Below are positions 44,300 to 54,205 of a DNA stretch of 64,000 nt, one piece after another (positions within the stretch are counted from its first letter, which is position 1; the number at the start of each line of letters is the position of its first letter). The notes under the pieces were generated by a model. The model had not been told where the DNA came from. It saw only the letters and a list, made by a program, of their open reading frames with translations, and made no database searches. The position numbers and the translations under genes are program-made. Origin of the DNA: a virus (Duplodnaviria > Caudoviricetes); IMG/VR virus record IMGVR_UViG_3300028800_000089, positions 2,194-66,193 of that record; one strand, 5' to 3'.

Positions 44300-45412
44300 A
44301 TGACTACTTACAGCAACAGCACTGAGAAAAAGGGCTTTTACCAACAGTGCTTCCACGATAATACCCTAGGCGTTCTTAAGCCGACTACCTCGGGGATTAC
44401 TGAGTTCCGACCGATTCCAGAGTATGTCGATGGTCTAGCTCTACCAATGGTTAAGAGCATGACCCCAGGCGGCCCTGACCTATCGAACATCATTCTCGAA
44501 GAGGTCCTAATCAACGCCGGCAATACCTCAAAGTTCAACGGTATCTGCCGTCCGTCTGACGCGACTCCGGAAATGAATGCGATCAGCTATATCTTCAGCG
44601 GCTTGTACATCCGTATTAAGAGCCGTGTGAAGAAGGGCCAGGTACCGACCGAGCTACAGGCCAAGATCTCTGATCTCCTGTTGTCGCGTCCGAACCCCAA
44701 GGGCGATGGCCATTTCAGTTATCTACCACGCGCCTCTGAGAATGGTTTCATCCAGGGCATCGGTCTGTCACTGAACAGTAAGGCTTTCGATAAGCCGCGT
44801 AGCCGTCAGGCACTGTGCTTGACCAAGCCGGCAGTTGGCAAGCTATTTGAGCTAGCAGCACAGTGTGCCAAAGAGGGTAAGGATATCTTCAGTCCCAAGG
44901 ACGGGTATACCATTATCGTCAAGGGCCTGCCAAAGGATCCGTCACAGGGCCGTAACGTTCCGATGTACCAAGTCGAACTAGGCCGTCAGATCCCGATTCC
45001 AGCGGATAAAGCAGCCCAGCTGTGGACCCCATGGGAGAAGGCCATTAAGCGGTACACCGTCGCTGAATGCATCGCTATTGCGATTAAGCTCTATGGCCGT
45101 GATGTCGTCGAATTTGTGTTCCCCGACGAAGTCGCAATGTATGCCAGCAACAGTCGAGCTGCTTCAGTAGCGTCCGCTGCGGTACAGCAGCCGACACCTC
45201 CGAAGGCGCCCGAGAGTAAGCCGGCAGCGACTGGTCAAGAGCTAGCACTGGACACTGGAGCACCGGTACTAACTGATGAGCCGGAACCAGAGTCAGAGGA
45301 AGCCGCACCAGCAGCAGCGGCAGCCGCCGCAGCAGCGGGTGGTACAGGTAAGGTTAAGACACCAGAGGAAATGGCTAAAGAGTACGAGAAGATGCTTACG
45401 GATTTGGCCTAA
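44300..45412 (+). CDS. probable single-stranded DNA-binding protein (gp32-like position and architecture)
   Basis: between polymerase and recombinase; FRPIP and DIFSP..G..I motifs; low-complexity Ala/Pro/Glu tail; strong RBS and own terminator. Confidence 0.5.
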   Translation: MTTYSNSTEKKGFYQQCFHDNTLGVLKPTTSGITEFRPIPEYVDGLALPMVKSMTPGGPDLSNIILEEVLINAGNTSKFNGICRPSDATPEMNAISYIFSGLYIRIKSRVKKGQVPTELQAKISDLLLSRPNPKGDGHFSYLPRASENGFIQGIGLSLNSKAFDKPRSRQALCLTKPAVGKLFELAAQCAKEGKDIFSPKDGYTIIVKGLPKDPSQGRNVPMYQVELGRQIPIPADKAAQLWTPWEKAIKRYTVAECIAIAIKLYGRDVVEFVFPDEVAMYASNSRAASVASAAVQQPTPPKAPESKPAATGQELALDTGAPVLTDEPEPESEEAAPAAAAAAAAAGGTGKVKTPEEMAKEYEKMLTDLA

Positions 45413-45427
45413 GCAATAAACACCGAG

Positions 45428-45458
45428 CCGCTCCGGGGTTTTCCCGGGGCGGTGTTTG
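45428..45458 (+). terminator. putative intrinsic terminator
   Basis: CCGCTCCGGG-gtttt-CCCGGGGCGG followed by TGTTTG. Confidence 0.6.
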
Positions 45459-45485
45459 TGTGTCAACACTTTAATAAGGAATAAC

Positions 45486-46742
45486 ATGGCAAGACCTAAG
45501 TCTTCTCCAGTCAGTGATATCGACGATATCACTAAGTCATTAATCGGTGATCTCAACAAGGAGGGAGCCAGCACAACGGCTTATCTCCAGGGTGAGCACG
45601 CCGAGCATACCTTCGGACCATTGATCCCGCATCTGGCGTTTCAATGGCTAGTCGGTGGTATCAACGTACTACCGTGTCAACGCCATATCGGTGTATCAGG
45701 ACTACCGAAGTCCTTCAAGTCAACACTGCTTATGGACATCGGTAACTGGTATCTCCGTGCCGGTGGCATGCATCTAGCAATCGATAATGAAGGCAAGACG
45801 TCAGCGTCCATGCTTGACGCCCTGACGAAGTACGATCCAGAGACCGAGAAGCTAGCCCTTACCCGGCGCATCTTCAGGGAGACTGGTTCCGTTGAGGAAT
45901 GGCAGAACATCGTTACCGCTGCAATCAAGCGGGCTAAGAAGGTAGCTGACCGTCCTAAGGGACAGCGTATTCCGATTTTGATTACGATTGACTCGCTTAA
46001 CGGTAAATCCTCGGACGCCACTGCGGACAAGATCAAGAAAGAAGGATCCGCTGACGCCAGAGCATTCCCCGTTGAAGCAGCTCAGATTACTAGGTTCTTC
46101 AAGGGTACCGGTCTGATTGGTACCACAGCCAATATCGGCTATGTCCAGCACCTGGTACAAGATATCGGCGCTCCTCCGGGTTATGGTGGCCCAGTCTATA
46201 AGGAATCAGGAGCGGCTATTTCATCGTATCAAGGCAGCGTCCATCTCCGTGTCCGTAAAGGCGCGGCAGTAGATAAGGCTAGTCACCCAGCAGCCCGTAT
46301 TGAGGGGCCACCAGTAGAGGGCTACACACTCTGGCTACAGACCGAGAGATCATGCCTTGGACCGGATCATCGCCAGCTAGCCGTAGACGTACTCTGGCAG
46401 TACATCGATGCCCCCGACGGTAGTGCCCAGCAGTTGATGTGGTACGACTGGGATGGTGCTCTAGGTCGTCTATTGGTTGAGATGATTTACAACGACAAGG
46501 TCCTGCACACCTATGACAGGGATCGTCTTAAAGCGGCCCTAGCATTTACACAGCCCAAGACTAATCATGTCAAGTGCGCTGAGCTGAATCTCGATGAGGT
46601 CTCGTTCACTGAGTTCGGTAAGGCTATCCAGGCCAACCCAGAAGTCCGTGAGAAGATCTCGAAATTCCTCAGAATCGTTAAATACCCCGACGTCCAAGAA
46701 GCCGATATCGAACTCGGCTCAGGAGAGGAAAGTGACGAGTGA
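45486..46742 (+). CDS. RecA/UvsX-like recombinase
   Basis: GLPKSFKST Walker A, IDNE, ITIDSL Walker B, E.G...Y..S..L. Confidence 0.8.
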   Translation: MARPKSSPVSDIDDITKSLIGDLNKEGASTTAYLQGEHAEHTFGPLIPHLAFQWLVGGINVLPCQRHIGVSGLPKSFKSTLLMDIGNWYLRAGGMHLAIDNEGKTSASMLDALTKYDPETEKLALTRRIFRETGSVEEWQNIVTAAIKRAKKVADRPKGQRIPILITIDSLNGKSSDATADKIKKEGSADARAFPVEAAQITRFFKGTGLIGTTANIGYVQHLVQDIGAPPGYGGPVYKESGAAISSYQGSVHLRVRKGAAVDKASHPAARIEGPPVEGYTLWLQTERSCLGPDHRQLAVDVLWQYIDAPDGSAQQLMWYDWDGALGRLLVEMIYNDKVLHTYDRDRLKAALAFTQPKTNHVKCAELNLDEVSFTEFGKAIQANPEVREKISKFLRIVKYPDVQEADIELGSGEESDE

Positions 46743-46918
46743 TACAACTATTCCTGCTTCTCGTAGTCCCCAAAGGCTACATGGAGCTAGAACAGTACTT
46801 AAAGAAGCACCGGTGGGACATATGGCTGGGGGACGTCCCGTAGTGTACCCCGATGATTATGAGGATGACATTTATGATAACGGCGTAGAACCCGAACCCG
46901 AAGACGACAAGGACTAAC

Positions 46919-47440
46919 ATGGGCGAGACTAACGGAGACCCGGTGGCATCTGCCTTCGGATCTATGTCTGATGAAGAGAAGCGCGATAACTTCGATGTAT
47001 CAACGTCGAAGCTCATTCTCAAGCAACTCGGTATTCCTTCGTCGAAGATCAATCGATTGGAAGACGAATTGGGGCCAGCGTTCGGATCGGATTGGATCAA
47101 CACCCATATCTTGAACAGCGAAGATGCCTATGTCTGGACTTCTCGGTGCTTCAAATATGATTTCAACGACTTCCTGTTGAACCCCGATAAGGCCGATCTC
47201 CTAGACGACTTCATGGCTGGGCCGATTGCTAGCGGCGAGAAGCTGTACACCGTGAACCACGTTATGGTGTTTAAGCACCATGCCATGGGTCGCTTTGTCA
47301 TCAGTAACTACCCATATAGTTATGGGCCATCGATTTACATCCCAGGATGGACCGCTGACGGCGACTCCGCCCATATCGTTCCATTCAAGGATTACTTCAG
47401 GAATCAGTTCGGTGACAACTTCGGGTATAAGCTGCTATGA
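46919..47440 (+). CDS. hypothetical protein
   Basis: AAGGA RBS. Confidence 0.65.
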   Translation: MGETNGDPVASAFGSMSDEEKRDNFDVSTSKLILKQLGIPSSKINRLEDELGPAFGSDWINTHILNSEDAYVWTSRCFKYDFNDFLLNPDKADLLDDFMAGPIASGEKLYTVNHVMVFKHHAMGRFVISNYPYSYGPSIYIPGWTADGDSAHIVPFKDYFRNQFGDNFGYKLL

Positions 47441-47748
47441 ACCTAGTAAATGTAGAAGGGGGTGACATCGTTATTCGAATCCCCATTAGCGGCTTAAGCA
47501 ACAGCTCTCTGGTACCAGCTGAGTTGTTTAACGACTTCAGTGAGCCCCTGTTTAAGGTGACGGATGCCAAAGCCTTTTCTAGGGCTTTCATCGAAGAGCT
47601 TAACCACGAAGATGAGGATGGCTCCACCCCTGTAACACAACTTCTGGACGCAGTGTTCCTAGCCGCTATTGAAAACGGCGCGGACGGTGTAGAAGAATTA
47701 GATCAACCAATAAGGAAACAGAATGAGCGCACTAAGCGTAGCCGATAA
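47437..47748 (+). CDS. conserved phage hypothetical protein
   Basis: KVTD...F......LN.EDEDGST....LLD....AIENG pattern. Confidence 0.7.
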   Translation: MNLVNVEGGDIVIRIPISGLSNSSLVPAELFNDFSEPLFKVTDAKAFSRAFIEELNHEDEDGSTPVTQLLDAVFLAAIENGADGVEELDQPIRKQNERTKRSR

Positions 47749-48592
47749 ATCATATAAGGCGCTGCTAGACAAGTTCGCTGCCGCAGTACGCGGTGGTGAA
47801 GCCGATAATCTCAAGCGGTATCACAGTATCGGTGAACTCTTTGACACTTTCGCTGAGGGTGCCGAGCGGAACACCTACGGTGAGCGTACCGTTGACCAAC
47901 TAGCCGAGGACCTGACTGAGAGAGGTCTACTAGTTGATATCAAGGACGGCAAGCGGTTCCTGTACTGGGCCAGAAGCATCTATGAGGACTACCCCGACGT
48001 CGATGATCTAATGACCCTAGCTGAGCAGGGCTTTACCGTTACCCACGCCAAGTCCTTGTTCGTCTTAGACGACGAGTTCCGGGCTAAGGTCGTAGCACGT
48101 CTAGCCAACCCTGATGGCAGCATCATTAGCACCCGCGAGTTAGATGCCGTTATTAAGGAAGAGGCCCGTGGTAAGGCCGTTGAGTCCATCGCTAAGATTG
48201 CTACCCCAAAGAAGGAGGACGCCTCAGGGTTCCCGCCAGCAGAAGGGGAAGGAGAGGGGCCAGTAGCGGGTACCCCAGTTGAGGAGGCTAAGCCAGCGGT
48301 TAAAGCGGAGAAGGAGCCAGCTAAGAAGCCAGCTTCAGTAGCTCGTGCTGAGCCCATGGATATCCCTCATCCACTGAAGACTTTGGCGTCAATGGAGAAG
48401 CTGATCAGCCGTGCCATTACTGAAGTTCCTGACGTGCTTATCGTACTGAAGGAAGTGACTAAGAGAGGCTTCGACAGTGACTCAGCTCAGAAGAAGTTCC
48501 GGGAACATGTCGCTAATCTGAAGTCTGCACTACAGGCTGTCATTGAGCCGCTACAGATCCTACTTAATGAGACCAAAGACTCGGAGGAATAA
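47723..48592 (+). CDS. DUF1016/YhcG N-terminal-like domain protein lacking the nuclease domain
   Basis: YHSIGE...YGERTVDQLAEDL...TH...L...STREL...I. Confidence 0.55.
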   Translation: MSALSVADKSYKALLDKFAAAVRGGEADNLKRYHSIGELFDTFAEGAERNTYGERTVDQLAEDLTERGLLVDIKDGKRFLYWARSIYEDYPDVDDLMTLAEQGFTVTHAKSLFVLDDEFRAKVVARLANPDGSIISTRELDAVIKEEARGKAVESIAKIATPKKEDASGFPPAEGEGEGPVAGTPVEEAKPAVKAEKEPAKKPASVARAEPMDIPHPLKTLASMEKLISRAITEVPDVLIVLKEVTKRGFDSDSAQKKFREHVANLKSALQAVIEPLQILLNETKDSEE

Positions 48593-48796
48593 TGGAAGAA
48601 GGTGAATTCACTACGTATCGGGCACCACCATTGCTGGTACGTGTATTGACTCATCGTGGTATTATGTCGGAGGTCCAGACTCAAGAAGGCAAGATCATGG
48701 ATGTCTTGACTTGCAGTCTGGATAAACCATTTACGCCACATGAGTCCGTTGTACGAGACTGGCCGGTTGCTAACCCAAACAGGGCAGTAAAGACAT

Positions 48797-49327
48797 ATGG
48801 TTGATCTCATTCATTGCATGATCGGTGAGTACCGGTGGCTGTCGAACTTCCATGAATGCCTTGTATGGTACGACGGCCTCTGGTATCCATCGTCAGAGGC
48901 AGCGTACCAGGCACAGAAGACGTTGGATGAAGGTCAGCGCGAAGCGTTTACTACCATGACGCCAAAGGAAGCCAAGAAGGCTGGTATGAAGGTCAAACTT
49001 CGCGGTGACTGGGACGACATCAAAATCGATGTCATGGATAAGTGTCTAAGGTCAAAGTTCAGCAAGGAGATCAACCCCAACCTGGTCAGCTCACTTCTGG
49101 GTACCGGCAAAGCGGAGATAGAAGAAGGCAATTGGTGGAAAGACAGCTTCTGGGGTATCGCCTATGGTAACAGAGACGACTGTATCACGGGTGTCAATCG
49201 CATCGGTGGCCGAAACGAGCTAGGCAAGCTACTGATGACGATTAGGTGGGCATTGAGAAACACCGTAACTACTGACGACTTGGTCAAGGTAATAAACGAG
49301 GAAGTATGTCGGAAGCAAGAGCCCTAA
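48797..49327 (+). CDS. NADAR (YbiA-like) family protein
   Basis: WLSNF, SEAAYQAQK, P.EAKK.G, DW...K..VM, KF, LL.TG, EGNWWKDSFWG, G.N.LGKLLM.IR. Confidence 0.92.
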   Translation: MVDLIHCMIGEYRWLSNFHECLVWYDGLWYPSSEAAYQAQKTLDEGQREAFTTMTPKEAKKAGMKVKLRGDWDDIKIDVMDKCLRSKFSKEINPNLVSSLLGTGKAEIEEGNWWKDSFWGIAYGNRDDCITGVNRIGGRNELGKLLMTIRWALRNTVTTDDLVKVINEEVCRKQEP

Positions 49328-50127
49328 AGAAGGTAGAGAAGAACTCAGCCAAACTGTTGAGCGCTTTCCTACCTTTTGAGAACAGCATTATAACCAAGGA
49401 TGTAGCCCTCCAGCTTGCCAGACGGGCAGACTACATCCTTGATAGGTCAGAGATATTCGAGAACGTCTACCCCACGATCTTGCAGTACGAGTCCCAGGTC
49501 ATGACGGCTAAGACAGCAGATTTGCTGTCACGGCAGATAGCGGCACGTCTCCTGGAACTTGAGGCCCGAGTGGTTCCAGCATTCCAGTATGTTGTAGTAC
49601 CGGAGTGGACCCCATTGGAGATCATTGCAGTTAAAGAAGCGGTATGGCGTGACACCGAGAAGGGGCAGCAGTTCTCGTTCCTATGCCTATCTGGGACGGC
49701 GGCAGGACACATTTTAGTAAAGAAGTTCCCGGATAAGTTCCTGTCGTATCTGGCGTATCAAATTGGGTTCAACAAGCGGATGAACTACAACTACGAGCCC
49801 AAGGTCTTCTTGGGACTACGGATCTCGGGGTTACTGATACCGTCACAACGCGAGTCAGGACAAACAGATATATCGGAATGGCAGATCTCGAAGAACATGA
49901 AGAAGCGCAATGTCGGTATCCTCAAGCTGAGGACCCGGTACGACAAGCTTCATAAGGAAGGTCCTGAGTGCCCTAATGGATTTGACAATGCCTGCGAAGA
50001 CTGTATGAAGAACTCCAATGACTGCCCGGCATCATATATCAGGATGATCAATGGAAGACCTATCATGGACAAAGGAGCAGCCAAAGCTCCTACAGAACGA
50101 TCCCTTACCGAAGCCGCACCAAGGTGA
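49306..50127 (+). CDS. hypothetical protein with C-terminal Cys cluster
   Basis: 273 aa; CP...C..C...CP. Confidence 0.65.
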   Translation: MSEARALKKVEKNSAKLLSAFLPFENSIITKDVALQLARRADYILDRSEIFENVYPTILQYESQVMTAKTADLLSRQIAARLLELEARVVPAFQYVVVPEWTPLEIIAVKEAVWRDTEKGQQFSFLCLSGTAAGHILVKKFPDKFLSYLAYQIGFNKRMNYNYEPKVFLGLRISGLLIPSQRESGQTDISEWQISKNMKKRNVGILKLRTRYDKLHKEGPECPNGFDNACEDCMKNSNDCPASYIRMINGRPIMDKGAAKAPTERSLTEAAPR

Positions 50128-50617
50128 GCGAAAGGTATTAACAGATGTCCCACGGCACAGCGAGCAGTACCACAAGGCGCCTGATAGGCTTGACCCAGGA
50201 ATGTGCTGGATCATACCGGGTCTTGCTTATATGCAGCTTAGAATGGATAAATCTCTATTTGATCTCTGTTCTTGGGCTCGCAACCTGCCTGTACCAGTGG
50301 TGTCGCACATAGCACCGTATCACCTGTTCGTTACCCCATGGGATCGCTATGGCCCCTGGTTCCAGTCGATCCAGGGCATCTCCAAGGCAGACTCACTGTT
50401 CTGCATCTCGTATCTGGAGTCCTTTGAGTTCCGCCGGGATCTGACTGAGAGATGGGTACTTCGATTTGAGCCCGTCACAATTACTGACCCCTTCAATGGC
50501 ATGTCACCGGTAACCGTGCAGATGGTACTCCCCAAACGTCTTGGTGGGGAGCTATACGTCATAGAGCGGAATGTACCGGGCACCCCGTTGTTGATTAATT
50601 CGCAGCAATGCACTTAA
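50051..50617 (+). CDS. hypothetical protein
   Basis: fills the interval; start uncertain. Confidence 0.55.
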   Translation: MEDLSWTKEQPKLLQNDPLPKPHQGERKVLTDVPRHSEQYHKAPDRLDPGMCWIIPGLAYMQLRMDKSLFDLCSWARNLPVPVVSHIAPYHLFVTPWDRYGPWFQSIQGISKADSLFCISYLESFEFRRDLTERWVLRFEPVTITDPFNGMSPVTVQMVLPKRLGGELYVIERNVPGTPLLINSQQCT

Positions 50618-50917
50618 CACGAACAAAGTTAGGTGAGATCCCTAGTACGATGACCTTTGGCGGGATGGTCATGACGACGGAGTCTCCGGAGAAGGTGTTC
50701 GCATTCGCATTAGCGGATGGCGCTAAACCACACGTCTTCGATTATGATATCGATGAAGACGGGTTAGCTTCTCTAGCCAATTTAATGAGATCCGAGCATA
50801 TCCTAGCGGTCATCAAAGGGCGTAGAGTCAACTTCGCCGTTGAGTCCGTAGTAACGGTTGACTTGGATACCGTCAAGATTAACGACCGCATGCCTCTTTC
50901 CCTAGATGGAATTTAAT

Positions 50918-51388
50918 ATGGCCCGCAAGAAGACTGTCATCAAACAAGACATCAAGTACCGCGATGGCGACATCAAAGTACAGTATGTCGCTAGGCTAAA
51001 CGCAGAGCTACCAGCGGAACACAGTAGGATTATCCAAGCTATACGCACAGCTATACGGTACCTGAAGACCCTGAGTAGGTCCCAGCATACCGCAATCAGA
51101 TCGGCGTTGTTCCAGTTGAGCAACTGCATCGAAGAGCTACCACCGGACGCGAAGCCCGAAGTGTATGCCAGATCGATCGCCTATATGAGCTATAGCATGG
51201 ATGAAGTACTCAAGAAAATACTCGCAAAAATGTCGAACTGCAAAGTTGATTCCCTTACACTGGCAAGGTTCCAGTTGGAGTACGGTCAAACTCCTAAGAA
51301 GCGGGATCGTGACGACCTGATGTGTGCTAAGAGAAGCACAAAGCGAAAGTACAATGACGACGACGAAGAGCGCCGAGACGATGACTAA
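50918..51388 (+). CDS. hypothetical basic helical protein
   Basis: ATG 50918 within ORF 50906..51388. Confidence 0.6.
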   Translation: MARKKTVIKQDIKYRDGDIKVQYVARLNAELPAEHSRIIQAIRTAIRYLKTLSRSQHTAIRSALFQLSNCIEELPPDAKPEVYARSIAYMSYSMDEVLKKILAKMSNCKVDSLTLARFQLEYGQTPKKRDRDDLMCAKRSTKRKYNDDDEERRDDD

Positions 51389-52052
51389 TGGCCTCATTGA
51401 TTTAGTAGATGATGAAGTAACGCTGATCGGTAGTCCTCCATATGATTTCCCGAGCACTATCGGACCCAATTTAGTTAACAAGCTATTCGAGTACCCACAA
51501 GACGATCACCGATTCCTGGGGCTGCTGTCCAGTGACTTCACGTCAAAGGCCAGGGAGCGGTTTATGCAGACCTGTAGATCCCTAGGCGGCGTGTTCTGGA
51601 ACCAGTACCGCAAGAATGCCACCCAATGGGTATCGGTGACCAGTGAGAATGGAAAGTGGTGTATCGATAGATTCTCCATGATTTATGAAGCCGAGGTAGC
51701 AGCCCCTAAGATAGAGCGAATTGCTATCACCAATAGGAAGCTGAAGTTCGTCCTGACCCCACGGGGATGGAAGACCTTTGACGAGTTCGAATGGCTGTTC
51801 AGCGAGACGGTCCTAGCGCATATCGAGAAGTTCATGTTGCAACAAACCGAGCGACACGAAGCCCAGATGTCGAGCCTCTGTGAGATCAGCAAAGTAATTA
51901 GATCGGAGTTCACGACACGACAAATAGCCGTCGTCTCCGATAAAGGTGTCGAGGTCCAGCCTGTATCAGGCCTAGCCTGCTTGGACACCCATAAGTGGAA
52001 GCTCCCCAAGGGTCTGGAGTTTCTTGATGAAGTCGATGTAAACAGTGATTGA
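51381..52052 (+). CDS. hypothetical protein
   Basis: overlap-coupled start within ORF 51324..52052. Confidence 0.65.
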   Translation: MTNGLIDLVDDEVTLIGSPPYDFPSTIGPNLVNKLFEYPQDDHRFLGLLSSDFTSKARERFMQTCRSLGGVFWNQYRKNATQWVSVTSENGKWCIDRFSMIYEAEVAAPKIERIAITNRKLKFVLTPRGWKTFDEFEWLFSETVLAHIEKFMLQQTERHEAQMSSLCEISKVIRSEFTTRQIAVVSDKGVEVQPVSGLACLDTHKWKLPKGLEFLDEVDVNSD

Positions 52053-52073
52053 CACAATAGTTATACCTAAGTA

Positions 52074-52101
52074 TTGACATCCGGCATTGTCGCTGTATGT
52101 T
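52074..52101 (+). promoter_or_regulatory. putative sigma70-type promoter
   Basis: TTGACA-16 nt-TATGTT; a second TTGACA at 52049. Confidence 0.45.
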
Positions 52102-52128
52102 TCCGTTGAACCACTAACAAGGAACCAA

Positions 52129-52416
52129 ATGCTATCGTTTCCCTATGAAGTTAACGCCCCAGAGAAGCCAGTGGGCACATTCGTTGTCACCATTAAGATG
52201 CCTATCCCAGAGAAGGCTCTCCCGTCCGATGTTATTAACTACATCCGCTCTCCTGGTGTGAAGAACGATCTCAACGATACCTGGGTCAAGAAGAACGCCC
52301 CGAATCATGGCATGGAAGTTCGTGGTGGTCCTCGCCCCGTACTCGAAAACGCCGCTGATCGTACCAGCCGGATCGTCGCCTATGAGCAGGACTTCAAGCT
52401 TTGCCCGAGAGTGTAA
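52129..52416 (+). CDS. hypothetical protein
   Basis: AAGGAA RBS before ATG 52129. Confidence 0.65.
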   Translation: MLSFPYEVNAPEKPVGTFVVTIKMPIPEKALPSDVINYIRSPGVKNDLNDTWVKKNAPNHGMEVRGGPRPVLENAADRTSRIVAYEQDFKLCPRV

Positions 52417-52419
52417 GTC

Positions 52420-52887
52420 ATGGTGAATTTCCATGATATCGTGGCGCCGCAAGGAGAAGTAGTTCCGCCGGACTTGGTCATCAAGTACCTGACGTCAACG
52501 AACATGGCGGAGCACGAAGCCGAATTCAGGACCTGTATCGATATGGTCGGCGGTGAGGACTATCAGGGTCCAATGCTGAGGGTCTACGTCATCTCCATGG
52601 TGGCGCTCCTGATGCTTGTCGGCGGGGTCAAATGGATCTATATCCAGAAGATCATCAACGCCCTCAAGACCCGTAGCGACGAAGATCTCCAGCAAGACGC
52701 TGTAGCCTTCGTTAATGGCTCCGATTTGATCGTACCATGCAACGGTGAGCCAGGGGTGGCTATTTACGATTTGAACACCATGAAGCGCATCCCGGATCCC
52801 TCGGAGTTCCAGTTGGTATCCTCGATCTATTCAGTTCGAGACATCTGGGCTCAAGCCGAGTCCATCCTCATTCCGCCGAAACGGTAA
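52420..52887 (+). CDS. hypothetical protein
   Basis: tiles between neighbours. Confidence 0.6.
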   Translation: MVNFHDIVAPQGEVVPPDLVIKYLTSTNMAEHEAEFRTCIDMVGGEDYQGPMLRVYVISMVALLMLVGGVKWIYIQKIINALKTRSDEDLQQDAVAFVNGSDLIVPCNGEPGVAIYDLNTMKRIPDPSEFQLVSSIYSVRDIWAQAESILIPPKR

Positions 52888-53414
52888 TGCGTATATTCGG
52901 GTGCGACCCAGGGGCAAGCGGCGGTATAGCCTACATACGGGACGGTACCGTAGTAAGCGCTATACCGATGCCGCTGAACGATGACAACCAAATCGATCTA
53001 CCGGGCCTATCTATGTGGTTCACGGCTTGCGTAGAGACTGCTTCGGCGCACACCGTGGTGTACATCGAAAACGTACACAGCATGCCTGGTCAAGGAGTGG
53101 CTTCGAGTTTCCAATTCGGTAGGAACCTAGGAAAGCTCGAAGGTGTAGTCGGCGCTAAAGGGCTGCGTACGAAGTACGTAACCCCACAGGGTTGGAAGAA
53201 GAAGACCCTCATAGCCGACAATGTCTACATGGGCATGGACCTAGAGGACAAGGCTAAGCGCAAGGTGGTCCAGAAGAAGGCCGCTGTTGCTTGGGCACAG
53301 CAGAAGTTCCCTGAGGTGAATCTGATTCCAGAACGTTGTCGTGTCCCCTCTGATGGTATGGCAGAAGCTCTTTGTATCGCGTATTACGGTTATCTCGTTG
53401 AAACCCCGACATGA
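52887..53414 (+). CDS. ruvC: RuvC-like Holliday junction resolvase
   Basis: GCDPG.SGG.A, YIENV, S.F.FG...G, V.PQ.WKK, DG.AEALCIA. Confidence 0.88.
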   Translation: MRIFGCDPGASGGIAYIRDGTVVSAIPMPLNDDNQIDLPGLSMWFTACVETASAHTVVYIENVHSMPGQGVASSFQFGRNLGKLEGVVGAKGLRTKYVTPQGWKKKTLIADNVYMGMDLEDKAKRKVVQKKAAVAWAQQKFPEVNLIPERCRVPSDGMAEALCIAYYGYLVETPT

Positions 53415-54205
53415 GTCCTGATGCTCGTTTCTATAACATCACTGTCTCTGGACGAAGTAGCAATTGCTAAGACAGCATTAACCGATAAATTGCTGCACGA
53501 AATAGGCGGTATCTTTACATCTAAGGGGGAAGATGATACTGCCTTCGGTCTATACCTGTATTCCATTTTTGAGAAGCGCAACTTCAAATGGTACTGTATC
53601 GACCACACCGATGGAGCCATTTCGAGGCTGACATTCTCTAACGCCTCTAACCCGAGGCTGCTATCGTTTAGAGGTGCCAACGTCAGAATTGCCCCAGCCG
53701 ATGCTGATTCCTTCGAGCTACTGGTACAGCAATGTGACGCCGTCAAGCCATCCGGCAAGCGGCAAGAAAACAAAACCTATATAGGATAACAAGGTTAAAG
53801 GAAATGACTAAAACAGCCGCCGCGAAAAGGGTATTTCACGAAATCTACGATGATTCATACTGGGGTTCTGGCCGCACAGATCCCAATATGCACTCCAAAG
53901 AGATATTAGACAATAGAGAGAGCTTACGTTGTTCGAAGGGCTTGACTAAATGGTATGCTCATAAAGCCGGTATCACAAATAAGTTCGATCATACCGAGGC
54001 TTATAAAACTAAAGCCGGCGCAATTGTATTATTTACGTCACCATATAGTGTTACATCAGAGGATGCGGCATACTTTATTTCGCTCGGTATGAGCGAAATA
54101 CCCCCAATGTACTGTACGACAGCTAGAACTTTTATGATCGAATTCCCTAACGGTTACGTATTGCGCGCATGGCGTAATAAGCTTCTTAAGAAATAAGGTA
54201 AGAAT

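Noticed and set aside
45300-45340. GCA/GCC-rich microsatellite-like tract
   Set aside because: Explained by a poly-Ala linker in the putative SSB tail.
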